Shown here one piece after another: positions 52,434 through 64,000 of a stretch of 64,000 bases of DNA (positions are counted from its first letter, which is position 1; each line of letters opens with the position of its first letter). This DNA is from Paecilomyces variotii. Lineage: Eukaryota. The position numbers and the translations under genes were made by a program. The stretch is taken from assembly GCA_004022145.1 (NCBI GenBank), contig RCNU01000002.1; one strand, written 5' to 3'. A model generated the notes under the pieces. It was not told the origin of the DNA and did no database searches. It worked only from the letters and a program-made list of their open reading frames with translations.

Positions 52434-53353
52434 TCGGAAAATGGTCTTTCTTTCAGAAAATGATGAATGAGGAATAGGAATATCCCTCCTTTCTTCTTTC
52501 TTCTTTTTTCTTTTTCTTCCTCCTTTTCCTTCTCGATCCGGCCTTGCCTTCTGGTTGCTAAGAGCGCGCCTTTCTGACACTATGCATGAAGAACGTAGCA
52601 AGTAGTTGGTTTAAGGAAATGACAAATGAAAAGGAGAAGCGGGTATACGACTAGGAAACAAATGCCAGTACGATATCCTTCTTGTAACTAGGCAATGTTT
52701 GACTCAAACGCGAACTTCCCTCTTCTGACTGACTCCGCTGCGACGTGAATGTAAATCGAAAGTGATAACTATCGTTTCTTTCAATTCTTTCTTTTTCCTC
52801 GCGATTCTCCCAAGACCAAGAAACCTTAAATATCAAGAGAAAACAACAAAAGGAACAAAAAAAAAGATAACCAGATGCTTTGCTTGTACAGAAAAAGGGA
52901 GTCATAAAAGTAAGTTAGTTAGTAGGCAAAAAGATGGAACAAGAGATGGAAGAGAATGACCCCCCGGTCTAGACCGATCAAGGAGTTTCGTGATTGCTCC
53001 CGACCGAAGACGGCCCATAGTCTACCTGTTATTTGTGCCTGAGGCGTCACGGCAATCAACACCCCGCGCGCCGCGGGCCCTCTTTTCGCCGAATACGGCC
53101 CAAAGGTTCCTATGCCGGCGTCATATTGGTTGTTGGTGATCAATATTTAAAATCAAAGGGAGAAATAGCCAAGTTTGCTTGCAGTTTCTACACTTTGTAT
53201 TTTGATTCGAGGGTGTTTTCTATCCATCTTTACTCTCAAGGACGGAATATTTATATGTTTCCGTGGTGACATATTCATCCCACTTTTTTTTTTCTTTACC
53301 TTTCCTTCTCTCAGCTTCTCATATACATATACGATCTATTCAGATCTTGAGTT

Positions 53354-54067
53354 ATGGCGCCCAAGAACAATGTCAAGGGCGGCAAAGGCAAGGGAAAGGA
53401 TGCCTCTGATGCTGGTGGGAAGGACGCAAAGGGTGGAAAAGGATTGAAGCCTGCTACTTCGATCAACGTTAGACATATTCTTGTATGCGGTATTCCCTTT
53501 CTTTCTTTTTTTTTTCTTTCTTTCTTGCTTTATGTTTTACTGTATGACCTTTTGTTTGTCTTTTTCTTGTTTTTTTCCCATCCAATGATCGCAATAAATC
53601 CGATACTGACAATCCATCCAACAGTGCGAGAAGCACTCCAAGAAAGAAGAAGCTCTCGAGAAACTCCGTAATGGTGCGAAATTCGATGATGTTGCCAGGG
53701 AGTATTCAGAAGATAAAGCTAGACAAGGCATGTATCAGAACCCTTCGCGCTATTTCCTATATATATTTGATATTATGCCATAACATGCTCCTTATACTTT
53801 CAATTTTATATGCGTACTTGTAGGGAAATCATACCACAGCGCATCTCGCGGTGTTCATCTCATATGTTTCATCATTTACGTTATACTGTCGAATTGCTAA
53901 CCTCTATCACAGGTGGTTCCCTTGGCTGGAAAGTCCGCGGTAGTCTCGATGCCGCTTTCGAAAAGACGGCTTATGATCTCGAGCCTAGCACAACTGCCAA
54001 TCCGAAATATGCTGAGGTCAAGACTGGTTTCGGGTACCATATTATTATGGTTGAGGGGCGGAAATAA
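53354..54067 (+). CDS. PIN4: Parvulin-type peptidyl-prolyl isomerase Par14/PIN4 (3 exons)
   Basis: Basic Gly/Lys N-terminus, [27 protein letters not shown] and [16 protein letters not shown]. Introns 53483-53623 and 53728-53912 (GC-AG). Confidence 0.93.
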
Positions 54068-56012
54068 GATAGCTTTATTTGAGAAGTTTCTGTTTGGAAT
54101 TAATTCATGATTATATATGTGTAAGATCAATATGCGAATTTCCGTTTCTATATCACTTTTTTAATGAACTACGAATCTTTGCTTGGTTTCAGGGAAGGCT
54201 TGTCATTATAGTGACGCACTGCATTTGGTAAATATATAAATTGTAAAATCTTTGGGGAACCTAATACTCAGGAATTTGCTAAACTTGTCGGAGGACCATG
54301 AAATTGAAAGCCATTGTTGAGCAGGTGCACATGCCCTACAGTACATATATGGGACGACGGGATTCATCAAACTTCAGTTCTCCTTAGCTCATAGAAACAA
54401 TCTCCAGGAAATCCCCATGCGGGCTAAACCACATGGTCCAAAAGTTTCTAAACTGTGTCTGTGCTATCTAGATTCCAGACAAAATGCCCGGCGGCAACAA
54501 CCAATTGGAGAATATCACATCTCTCTCTCATGGCAGAGTCTCAGTTATCCCGGCACTAAGTAACCAATGGTTCGCGGCATGCAGAAAAGATATCATCTTG
54601 GATTCAGGCTGAGTGAATCAGACACGCGAGATAGTTCCAGCCGAGACAGTTCTCTCACCCCGCTTTAAGTACATAAATGCTTAGTGCGGGTTCGCGTGGG
54701 ATGGTCGCTCGAGAACGAACTGGAGCCAAGCACAACGATGGAGCCTGATCTCACGAGAGTTCGAGACATCTGTTTTGATATCAGAAGCGGCGGCGTCTCT
54801 GATTCATCTGCTGACGCTCTTGACACGCAGGGTCCGCGAACGCTGCGGGATGGATATTTACATACTGCAGTTAGCTTCGCGCCTATACCTATCGAGAAAC
54901 AAAATGGGCCAGATCAGGCCTCCGAGTCTCGATTCTAGACAAGAATAGATTCTAAATGGCTAAATATCCTTTCTTCCCCCCCCACGAAGTAGTTCTGATG
55001 TTCTCTACTAAAGATTGTATGTGACACCGCCGCTCCATGGGGTTGATTTATCGAAACGCTAGGGAGAAGAAACCCCCACGACTTCGGCATTCGAACCACC
55101 GAACACCAAGAGCTACGACTCTCTCGCACACTTTTCTTCCGTCGTCGGGGATTGCCCTGGATTCCTAATGCTCCCGCTCGTCCGACATAGATCTACTAGA
55201 CGTATCATAGAATCGTTCGCGGTACAGTACTTCTGAGAAGCCCAAAGTACGAAATAGACCTGATAGAGAAGGTATATTGTCTAGTGGACGTTGACAGGTA
55301 TTACATAGCGGATGGCGATCTATCTCGATGTCTCCCACTTAGGTCCAGCTTGGTCTGGGTCCATTTCCTGTCGATTAATCCCAAGGTTTACCGGCTGATC
55401 TTAGGATCCCGATGGCACGGACATGCACATCCAGACTGCATGGCTAGGCGTTCGGTGCGGCAGTATCTGATCGCCTTTGTTCCCCGGCTGAAGCTCCAGG
55501 CCCTTGCTCGAGGTTGGCCTTCAACCTCGTGTGAGAACTAATTGGTGTCTCGCGCTGTGCGAGTTAAGCAATGCTGTTACTATATCACCCCGGTGAAAAG
55601 TTATTTCCATTTTGATCTTCCTAGTCGCCTACTTGATTTGCTGGATTATTTTCCGTTGCTCTTCCATTGTCCGTTTTCTTCTGCCGGATCATTCTTTTCG
55701 GCCATTTCGCTGTACATACATACATCTGGGATTCGCTATATAAACTTCCCTTCTGTCCCCTGTCCCATCGCCCTTAGCGTACACTTCACTATACTATACG
55801 TGCGCCTGATTAATGAGTTGAGTTCCATAGCACATTGGCGTTGCGATTCAATCTCGCATCCTGGGGATATCCTGTTGCTATAAATACGTATAGCACGGAC
55901 CTGCTTTCTCAATCAAAGACTTTATTTAGTGGCTCTACCCAATGTCCCAATGCCCATTCTACCTTTCTACGCTACTCCTGATCATTGACGACACTGCAGT
56001 GTCTCTATCCTG

Positions 56013-57041
56013 ATGTTCGGTTCTCGCGTCTCTTCACCATTATACCCATCATTCAGCCATCACTCCTATACATCAGAAGACTCAGGCTCCGCTACTACTG
56101 CGCCTATCCTGCCCACAGGCGGATGCCAATTTATCCTCTTGCACTCATCTACTCCTGACCAGCGCTGCTCATGCCAGGGCTTCCGCCTCCATGAGAGCTT
56201 ACCGGGAGCTCACTGTGAGTGCGGGCACCAGGCATGCTATCATTCCCATGATTCCATACCGCAGTCGTCGACGGAATGTACCTCAGCAGGCTATTTAGCC
56301 TTGATGGATAAGATGCGAAGACTTGAAGCTCAATATGAGCATGAAAGGAAAGTCTGGCAGGAAGAGTTGAATGAGGAGCGACGAGCTCGTCGGGAAGATA
56401 TTCGCGTTCTTCGAGAGGCGATGTATTCATTGTATAAAGTTGTTGAGCAAGATATCCCGCGACAGTTTGAATATGTGGAGGATAAAATTGAAGGATTGGT
56501 GGATAGTCAACAGCAGTTACAAGAGAGGGTCATGACTGTGGATGATTCGACTATGGCTTTGGAAGACCGAGTGGCTAATTTAGAAGATGAACAAGATTCG
56601 AACGATGAAGGGGCAGTCGATGATGAGGATGAAGTTGTTGGAGAATCTACAGAGCAATATGGCAGCGACATGGCTGCGCTTGATACCTCTCTCGCTGGGC
56701 AGATAGCAGTCCGCCCATCTGTCCGCGATGGGTTTCCCGCTTCAGGCAGCGATGAAGCTTCTATCAAACTTGCTGAAGCCTCACGGAAGACACATCTGGA
56801 CGACCAAGATCAGTCATTCCAACTACCACCGAACCCTTTGCATGCTGTCAACCCTGCGCAATTGAAGCGTAAACGGCATGGGGTTGATCATGAAATGGCC
56901 GAGTCTACTGCTGAGAGCAGACATTCTTTCACCCTACCAAGCCCACCGCCTCTCTCACTTTCAAGTCCAGATCAGGGCCCTTCTCGGTGTCATAGCGAGC
57001 CAAGCATTGCACCATACTCTTCATTCGGTCTGACGAGTTGA
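56013..57041 (+). CDS. Uncharacterised protein with Cys/His-rich putative Zn-binding module and coiled coil
   Basis: Intronless 342-aa ORF: GCQFILL...RCSCQGF...HCECGHQACYH, then heptad-rich LEAQYEHERKVW...LEDRVANLE. TATAAA at ~55878. Confidence 0.7.
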   Translation: MFGSRVSSPLYPSFSHHSYTSEDSGSATTAPILPTGGCQFILLHSSTPDQRCSCQGFRLHESLPGAHCECGHQACYHSHDSIPQSSTECTSAGYLALMDKMRRLEAQYEHERKVWQEELNEERRARREDIRVLREAMYSLYKVVEQDIPRQFEYVEDKIEGLVDSQQQLQERVMTVDDSTMALEDRVANLEDEQDSNDEGAVDDEDEVVGESTEQYGSDMAALDTSLAGQIAVRPSVRDGFPASGSDEASIKLAEASRKTHLDDQDQSFQLPPNPLHAVNPAQLKRKRHGVDHEMAESTAESRHSFTLPSPPPLSLSSPDQGPSRCHSEPSIAPYSSFGLTS

Positions 57042-57324
57042 CTATCACATATTCAGCTGTCCACTCTAGCATTGATTATTCGAACTCGATATTGATAGAG
57101 GAAACAGGGCAAGATCTCAGATTTTATATATGGGGAAGACAGGTAATATAGGCACCTTTATTTCTGCATCTAAAGTAAAGGGTTTGGTATTATTGTATCC
57201 ATCTATATAAAGTCTAATAGCGTCACGCCAAAGTTGAGCAGCGACAAGAAGGGGAAGAGCAAAAATATACTCTGGTCTGATAGACATTCATGATATTGTA
57301 TCAGGACGGTAGGTTTCCACCCCG

Positions 57325-58693
57325 TCATAGCTCTTTCTCAGCCGCAGCTTTCGCTTTAGCTTTCTCTTTGGCCTTCTTCTCTTGTCTCTGGACGATGCCC
57401 TCGGCTCCAACACCGCCGAAAACGAGCGCCACACCTAGCCACTGGCCGCGAGAGAGCGAGTGACCAAACCAGAAGACGCTGAGGAGCATAGTGAGCATCT
57501 TCCGTGTCACGGTGACGGTGACGAGCAGAAGGGAGGAGAATCTAGACAAGGTGTGGAAGATGAAGAGCTGGCCGATGGCGCCGCAGATAGAGAAGCCGAG
57601 GACGTCCTTCAAGGCCTGAGGGTGTCGGGAGAGGAAAGAGATGGCAGAAGAAAGCTCCGATCCTGTGGATGGAGGAATCGGGAGCGGCAGGATGGATAGA
57701 ATGACACTGTTTGAGAGATAAGGCATGACGAGCAGATAGGCGGTTGTGAGGATGGTGGAGAGGACGTTCTGCGCGACCATCATCTGCGGACCGGAGAACT
57801 TGGTGTAGAGGTGCGGGGAGCTGAAGACATGGTCTTGAGTAGTGTTGGTGAGGCCGTCGAGGAGGAGGTTGATGGAGAGGAGGAAGAGACCATAAGCAGA
57901 TGAGCCACTGCTGGCTTTATTCGCGGACGCTGCTGCTACCTTCTTGCTCGTACCTGGATGGTACAATGTGAAAGTCGCTACGCCCAGGGTGACCAGCAGA
58001 ACAACACCGTACTTGTACAGAGGATATCGCTTCCGGAAGATGGCCAAGTGAAGGAACATGACCGGAAGGAGTTTGCAGGACTTCGCGAGGATAAACGTCA
58101 AGTAGTCGATATGCGCCAGACTAGCGTAGCCAAATGGAGATGCCAATGAAGAGGATATGCTGACGAGAATCAGGGGAAAGAGGATCCGACGAGTCGGGAA
58201 GATCGAGGGTACTTTCTGGCCCTTAGGTGTCGAAAAGTACAGGTATAGGAAACCCGTTATGGCAGCGAAGGAGGATTGAATGGTGTTCAATACGATAGAG
58301 AAGGTCCATCGCTCTGTTGGGGGTTCCGGCTCTTCGGTTGTTGCGGGACGAAGAGGATAAGCGGTTGTTGTGATAGCTTCTTGCAGGACGGCCCATGATA
58401 GACTACTCGTATAATAAGACTTAGCTCTTCAATCCTAGATCCTGACAGAAAAAAGAAATTCCTTACAAAGAAGCATATATCCCCAGAACACAGATAGCAA
58501 GTTGTACCAATCCGGGGCTATCTGAAGGTGGTGTAAGTGCACTGCTGATAGACGCGCTCCCATCTGCCGCAATTGGCTCCTTTGTCGACCCATTTGTCTT
58601 TCTGTTATTTGGACCCGGCGAGTCCAAAGGTGAGTGCATAAACCCAGAGGATGGAGTGCGCTGTATAGGCGCCGCCTGCTTCTGTCGTGCCAT
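57325..58693 (-). CDS. HUT1: ER UDP-galactose/UDP-glucose transporter homolog (SLC35B1/Hut1) (2 exons)
   Basis: GIYASF/LSWAVLQE, LAKSCKLLPVM, LLDGLTNTTQD, GQLFIF and VTVTRKMLT; intron 58466-58403. Confidence 0.92.
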
Positions 58694-59252
58694 GACAGCG
58701 GAGGGATGCTGTATGTATTAGTTACGATAAAACGGGTGGTCCCGTCCGAGGAATGATGTAAAGAACTCCAATGAAGGGCTGTTCAAAGGGACAAATGATA
58801 GGAAGTGATTATTCAAGAAAGCATCTTCCAAAAAGAAGGACAAGAAGGGACGTCGGAGGCGAGAGTAATCCAAGTACTCCTTGATGCCATGTGTTCAGTT
58901 ATCTGAACTGGAGCTCCAGAACGCGGAGTCCGGTAAGGCTGACCAGCGCGCTTTTTCGCCGCACGGGGTTGGCGCCAACCCTAGTTTTCCTTGCGCTCTC
59001 GTTGATCCCCGCATGAAGAGATCAACCTTCAACCTCGCTGGAGTAGACATCAGAGAGCCTCTATTTTACAGGATTTCAATTGACGCACATTCCCTGGCTA
59101 GCTTCCACGCATCAACAACTCCAACAACGCTAAACTAGCCCTGCGATTGAAGCCATCCGGAAGCTGCGCATCAATCCGACAAAAGTTTCAAATCACATCT
59201 ACATTATCGCAAACTCCAACATCCACATCCACATCCTAACTCGCAATTCACA

Positions 59253-59849
59253 ATGTCGACAATAACCTCCCCTCCTAGTCCCTCCGCTCTCACATCACTC
59301 ATCTCCGCTTCCGGTTCCTCAGATCCCATCTCCGCCCTCACCACCCAGATCCTCCACAACCTCAAGCACCAACATCTCTGGACTTCGCTACAAATCCACC
59401 AACTCCCCAGCACAACAGACCAAGATGCATCTATCCCCTTAATCTCTGGTATTCCCCCGAACCGTCTCTACACGCACCCAGACGAGCAGCTCTGGATGCT
59501 CGAAAACAACCTCCGTGACGACGACATCGGGCCCGAACGCTTCTTCGTCCTTCCCACCACGAGAGGGCAGAAATTCACACTGCGGAAGCTCGCGGGGGTT
59601 TTTGATTCCCTTCCTGAGGTGGAGGAGGATGAAAGACCCCTATTGACCCAGGTGACGGATGATCAGAAAACCAAGGATAAAGCGGAGAAGTTAAGCGCGT
59701 ATTATGAGCGGCGGAAACAGATGAGCAAGACGCAAGAATGGGGTGGGAAGAGGTTGCTCTTGGCTATGGTGGATAGGGGTGTTGGTGGTGATGGGACGGT
59801 GGTGTACTATGTCATCCAGGAGGGAACGGTCAAGCCGAGACAAAACTGA
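59253..59849 (+). CDS. SEN15: tRNA-splicing endonuclease subunit Sen15
   Basis: ILHNLKHQHLWT, LISGIPP..LYTHPDEQ and KRLLLAMVD...DGTVVYYVIQEGTVKPRQN, a typical fungal Sen15 C-terminus. Confidence 0.9.
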   Translation: MSTITSPPSPSALTSLISASGSSDPISALTTQILHNLKHQHLWTSLQIHQLPSTTDQDASIPLISGIPPNRLYTHPDEQLWMLENNLRDDDIGPERFFVLPTTRGQKFTLRKLAGVFDSLPEVEEDERPLLTQVTDDQKTKDKAEKLSAYYERRKQMSKTQEWGGKRLLLAMVDRGVGGDGTVVYYVIQEGTVKPRQN

Positions 59850-60288
59850 GTATATGCTTTGCCATTGAAACATCTATACCTCAGTATCAGGCAATCTGAA
59901 TCGCGGATCTTGTGCTCCTGTGCTGAAGCCTTGTCCGGGCCGGCCGTTGAGCGCGAACAGGACGCTTTTGATCGAGCTACTTACAGGAGCTTTATCGCTG
60001 GACGCGCATGCTGAATGGGCCCGGCTAGGGGCTTGACTACGATAGTATCCATCTCGGTCATGACACAGTCACATTCGTCGATATATACATCAGTTCTATC
60101 TCACAGACTGGGGATATATCCGGGGCGGAGATGCTATCTCGCCGAATTATGTACACCGAGAAGACCGGCAGGGGAAAAACAAGGGCAGGCGAGCGTATCC
60201 AAATCGACCCAACGCGGCAGGGTATCGTCTTCCAGATGGAACGAAAATGACAGAAACACAATTAACCAACATATACTCAGAAGCTTCT

Positions 60289-63200
60289 TCAAAGGATGGA
60301 AGTACGTCCAAGTTCAACTCCAGACCGGTTCTCGTCGATGCGTTCCTGTTCCTGCAAGCAACTCTTACAGTAATCTTCGTACAGATGCTTGATCTCATTT
60401 CTATGTTCGCCAAAGAGGGCTCCTGCACGTGGAAATGAGTTGAAATCGACTTCTGTGGTCTCGTCGTCTTGGTTGAGCAGGAGCTCAACCTGGTGACAGC
60501 GACGCGTCTCCTGTTGGAGCCAGCGTTCCCACTCGTTCTGGAGCACTTCCCGCTCAACGCTGTTCACCACACGGAGTGCAACAATGAGATCATGTCGGTA
60601 CATGCCAAGCCGCTCGCGAGTCTCCTGAAGACGCCTCGCTGCACTCTTGGATATTGCGTCTCTGGGATGGGTCGAGGTCAAGGTCAGCGGCAGGTCATAG
60701 TTAACCAGCGTCTGTTCGTGGAATGTGGAGAAGCAACTGCTAGAGCCATTGCCATCAATACGCCACACCGTGTTGTTGGCAATCGCTTCGTCAATATCCC
60801 TCAGGTAAATTGCTTTGCTCATAACATTGTTCGGGGTTACGCCCAAACGAGCCATAAATTTCCCTGCGTTTCTCTCGTGCCACCAGTCGAAAGTATCTCG
60901 CGATGAATAGAACCCATTGATCAGCAGGCTGGAGAACAGTAGGACCAGTATGACGGTGTTGGCCCGAGTTGTCTTCCAAATCCAGCGTAGCAACGCGAAA
61001 GTCCAAAGCATCAGCGAAGAGACTGCACTCTCCAGGAAAGACAAGCATGTCTCAGATACCAACTGCATCAGTGCCCGCTGCTTCCGAGATCTGCGGAAAC
61101 CTAGCTTAGAAAGAGCATCAGATGGAAGCTCAAACCCCTGCTTCTGGTGTCCGACTTGGCCAAAGATAGTAATGGCCCTCTTTGTCCGGCTGTGAGGACC
61201 CAATCGTCGCACTTGATCACTGACTAGATCAAGAAGGTCCAGAGCGTCTTGTTCCAGGTCGCTCAGCGCTTGTTTATCAATGATATCTGATAAAATATTA
61301 GCCAAGAACCTAGTTTACCAGAAAGGATAATGCTCACTCTTCAGCAAATAGGGAGACCATAGCCATTCCACCTTCGTATAGACCGCAATCTTGCATCGGG
61401 ACTTGGCGACGTAGGTGATTACAATCTTGCTGACAAGGCGAAAGCTGCGCCGGAAAGGCAGATGCCAGGCCGTTCTCTTGTCAGTAACAACGTAACACAG
61501 GTGGTCGTTTAGGACGTCAATTATTTGATAGTCCGATACTTTGTTTTCTTGTGTCCGCCCTGTAGGCTGTAAGTAAAGATCCAAATAGCAACAGCTTGCT
61601 AAGACATACCAAGGAGGTCGACCGTCTCTATCTGATATGACATGTCTCGTCTCATATGCCGTGACTCTGAAGTGATCCACGGTCCCTGTTTGATATCTAT
61701 AGATCGTGAGCGACACCTCCAAATGTACAGGCAGCCAGTAAAACTCACTATGAACCCTTCTTTCCTTCAGTAGCATTTGCCAGACTGCGCTCTTGTCACC
61801 AAAGAGTACGTGGAACAGCGCTTTAGAGCTGATCTCGAGTACCCTTTCTGCGGCCAGGCTCAGATTCCCCTGAGGAATATACTGAACAGGCTGGGCGGGC
61901 AATCTGAACTTCGCCACATCCTTCCCGCGATGAGCTTTAGTTGAGTCGAGCTCAAGATCTTTGTCGATATAGATAGGGGCTCTGATATCCCTGCCAGCCT
62001 TTGCGGGGATGAGGTCGCCTGCAACAGCACTAGCATCTGCCGGAGTGCTGAGAGAGACGTCTTCCCAACTGTCAACGCTAAGAGCCCTAGAGGGACTCTC
62101 GGATTCCATCTTGATCAAGGTCTTCAGAATCGCTTCCAAAGAAAGCGGCTCCTCAGCAGTGGCTTCGCTTATCAGGAAGTTTATTCTTCTTTGGAGAAGT
62201 CTCAGAGGCTCAAGGAACGTCTTTATAGTGATCCTGCCCGGGGTATCTTGTCCTATTGGCGGAGCAACGTGGAGGAACAAGAAATCGCAATCTCTTCCGG
62301 GCGCAGCAGTAACCTCTGTAACTGCGCTAAGTTGGACGCTTGTTGTTAAAACAAGGCCATAATAATGGCTGTAGAAATAGATGTTTCGTGTCGTAACATA
62401 GGCTCTGCCGGGGAACTCCTGTTGGTCGTTCGGGCTCCAGGTAGCTCTAAAGACTAAAACCAAGCTCTCTTCTCTGTTCACATTTGGGAAAAGAAGCCGG
62501 AACTGGGCATCTTGTGTCCTGAGCAGCTGAGGATAATAGCTAGGGTACTCGTGCGGAACTCCGATAGCAGCCCTCTGCAATTTGGCTGCGTCTCCATCCA
62601 GACTAACTGTTTGTCGGTGACGCGGTCCTGAACGTTGAGTCGGAGCTGCAGAGTCATCTGACTCTGCCGCAATGGCGTTCTTTGACGAATCACTCATAGG
62701 AGATCCAGGCTTCTTCACCGACGAGCCCTCCCCGTTAGATTCCGGCTGAAGAGCCCTTTCACGCTCCAGCTTATTAACAAAACCCCAGTTAGAGCTGCCC
62801 CAGAGATTGGCCATCATCCCGCTCGGCATGCCCCCCGTGTTGTCTGAGAATCCAAGTCCTATTCCTCTCTCATTGCTCACGATAACGCAAGCCTTGCTCA
62901 TACTTGTGGGAGCAGGAGGATTAGCCAACGTGGGCGGTGCTAGAGACGTTGGAGGAGCTTCACGAAGATTGTAAGTGCGACTCTTGGCTCCGTCGTCCGT
63001 TGTATGCACGGGCAAGGGAAGAATACTATGACTCGCGGAGATCAGGCTCGCGATACCACCAGAAGGAGGCGGCATAGGTGAGCTCGGTCCAGTCGTATTC
63101 GATTTGCGGTGTAGATCCAGTTTCTGAATTATCCTTGCTGCGTGATCTCGTCCGCTCGATTCTTCCCTATCTCCAGTGAGCCGTCTCGAACTGTGGAATT

Positions 63201-64000
63201 CGGCGCTGTTCCGCATGGCCAGGCCGTCCCGCTCAGGAACAGGTAGACTCCCGTTTCGATCTGTTGAAGGTAGCTCATCATTCGCATTAGGAGTTAGAGA
63301 CTCGGAGGGATCGGCCGCAAATTCTGGCGCTGGAGGCTGAGAGATCGAAAATGCAGGATCTTGCACCGTGAGCTTTCCCGAAACTGAAAGGTCGGTACTC
63401 GCAGGGTTCTCCAGAGCCTTTTGTTTAGCTGCCTCAAAGGAATTGATCCATTCCATCAGTTCCTTCTGGGACTCTGCTTGCAGCATTATAGTATTGTTTT
63501 TCGTCTTGACCTCGAAACAAAATCTTCGTTCTTCTTGAAACGCTGGTCGAATGCTGCAGAGCAACACGCCTATTCTTTCGCTTTCTTCCACACCTCCAGT
63601 TCGAGAGCCTTGTACGAGACAGCCAAATATTCCGTTCTTGAGAAAAGCCCAGCGTCTAACCCACACCGTTCGAGTAGGCTTTCCCGTGAACGTCCTGAGA
63701 TACAGCCAGCCCTGCTTCTCTGGTTTGATTCCTTTGTCTTTGGATAGCTTGAGAGATGGCGGGCCATGAGAACCAAGATAAGGAACCGTAGAGACAGAGT
63801 AGTCCTCGAGCTCGCGAGAAGGCCTCGCCGCGTGCTCAGCAGCTTCTTCGATCTGTTTCCTGGCGGAAAGCAGTTCCCGACGAGAGTTTCTTTCGCTAGT
63901 CTCCATCTCATGTGTCCAGCCCTTGATACGTTCCATCTCGGGGCTGCATTTGGTGAACGTCGCAACATGGGTGTCATGGATGGTTTTGGCTTCCCGCCAT
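60289..64000 (-). CDS. SIP3: Sip3/Lam1/Ysp1-family BAR-PH-GRAM-VASt(StARkin) sterol transfer protein; 5' end lies beyond the window
   Basis: PH domain KQGWLYLR...WVRRWAFLKNGIF...ERRFCFEV...LQAESQKELMEWI; GRAM FPGRAYVT; VASt ISSKALFHVLFGDKS...; C-terminal TM. Introns 61748-61697, 61609-61560 and 61337-61287. Confidence 0.9.

Noticed and set aside
1-64000. tRNA, 5S/rRNA, snRNA, hammerhead ribozyme or CRISPR-like arrays
   Set aside because: No diagnostic conserved motifs or regularly spaced repeats found by eye; a covariance-model scan would be needed to exclude them fully.

Overview
Eukaryotic, intron-rich DNA from a filamentous ascomycete. The short GT-AG introns with CTRAY branch sites and the gene content suggest Eurotiales (Aspergillus/Paecilomyces-like). 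I reconstructed about 20 spliced genes by hand. In order: a Tim17-like membrane protein, Fmp27/Hobbit (BLTP2) lipid-bridge protein, epoxide-hydrolase-type alpha/beta hydrolase, glycogenin, an orphan F-box gene, cysteine dioxygenase, Rbg1/DRG1 GTPase, a CENP-B-type HTH protein, a PXA/PXC (Nvj3-like) protein, uridine nucleosidase, a DgoD-like enolase-superfamily dehydratase, a GID4/Vid24-domain protein, RPS12, a Hos4-like ankyrin protein, Dfg10 polyprenal reductase, an ALKBH6-like dioxygenase, parvulin Par14/PIN4, an uncharacterised Cys/His plus coiled-coil protein, Hut1, Sen15, and the 3' part of Sip3/Lam1. Most of this is housekeeping; the unusual signals are in RNA processing. The PXA gene has a 1516-nt intron rich in inverted repeats, and its retention stops translation at once and removes the PXC half. 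RPS12 intron 1 folds into a long hairpin, PIN4 requires a GC-AG intron, and a weak glycogenin intron could give two alternative C-termini. No rRNA, tRNA, CRISPR or intact transposon was recognised. All exon coordinates were derived by eye and are untested.
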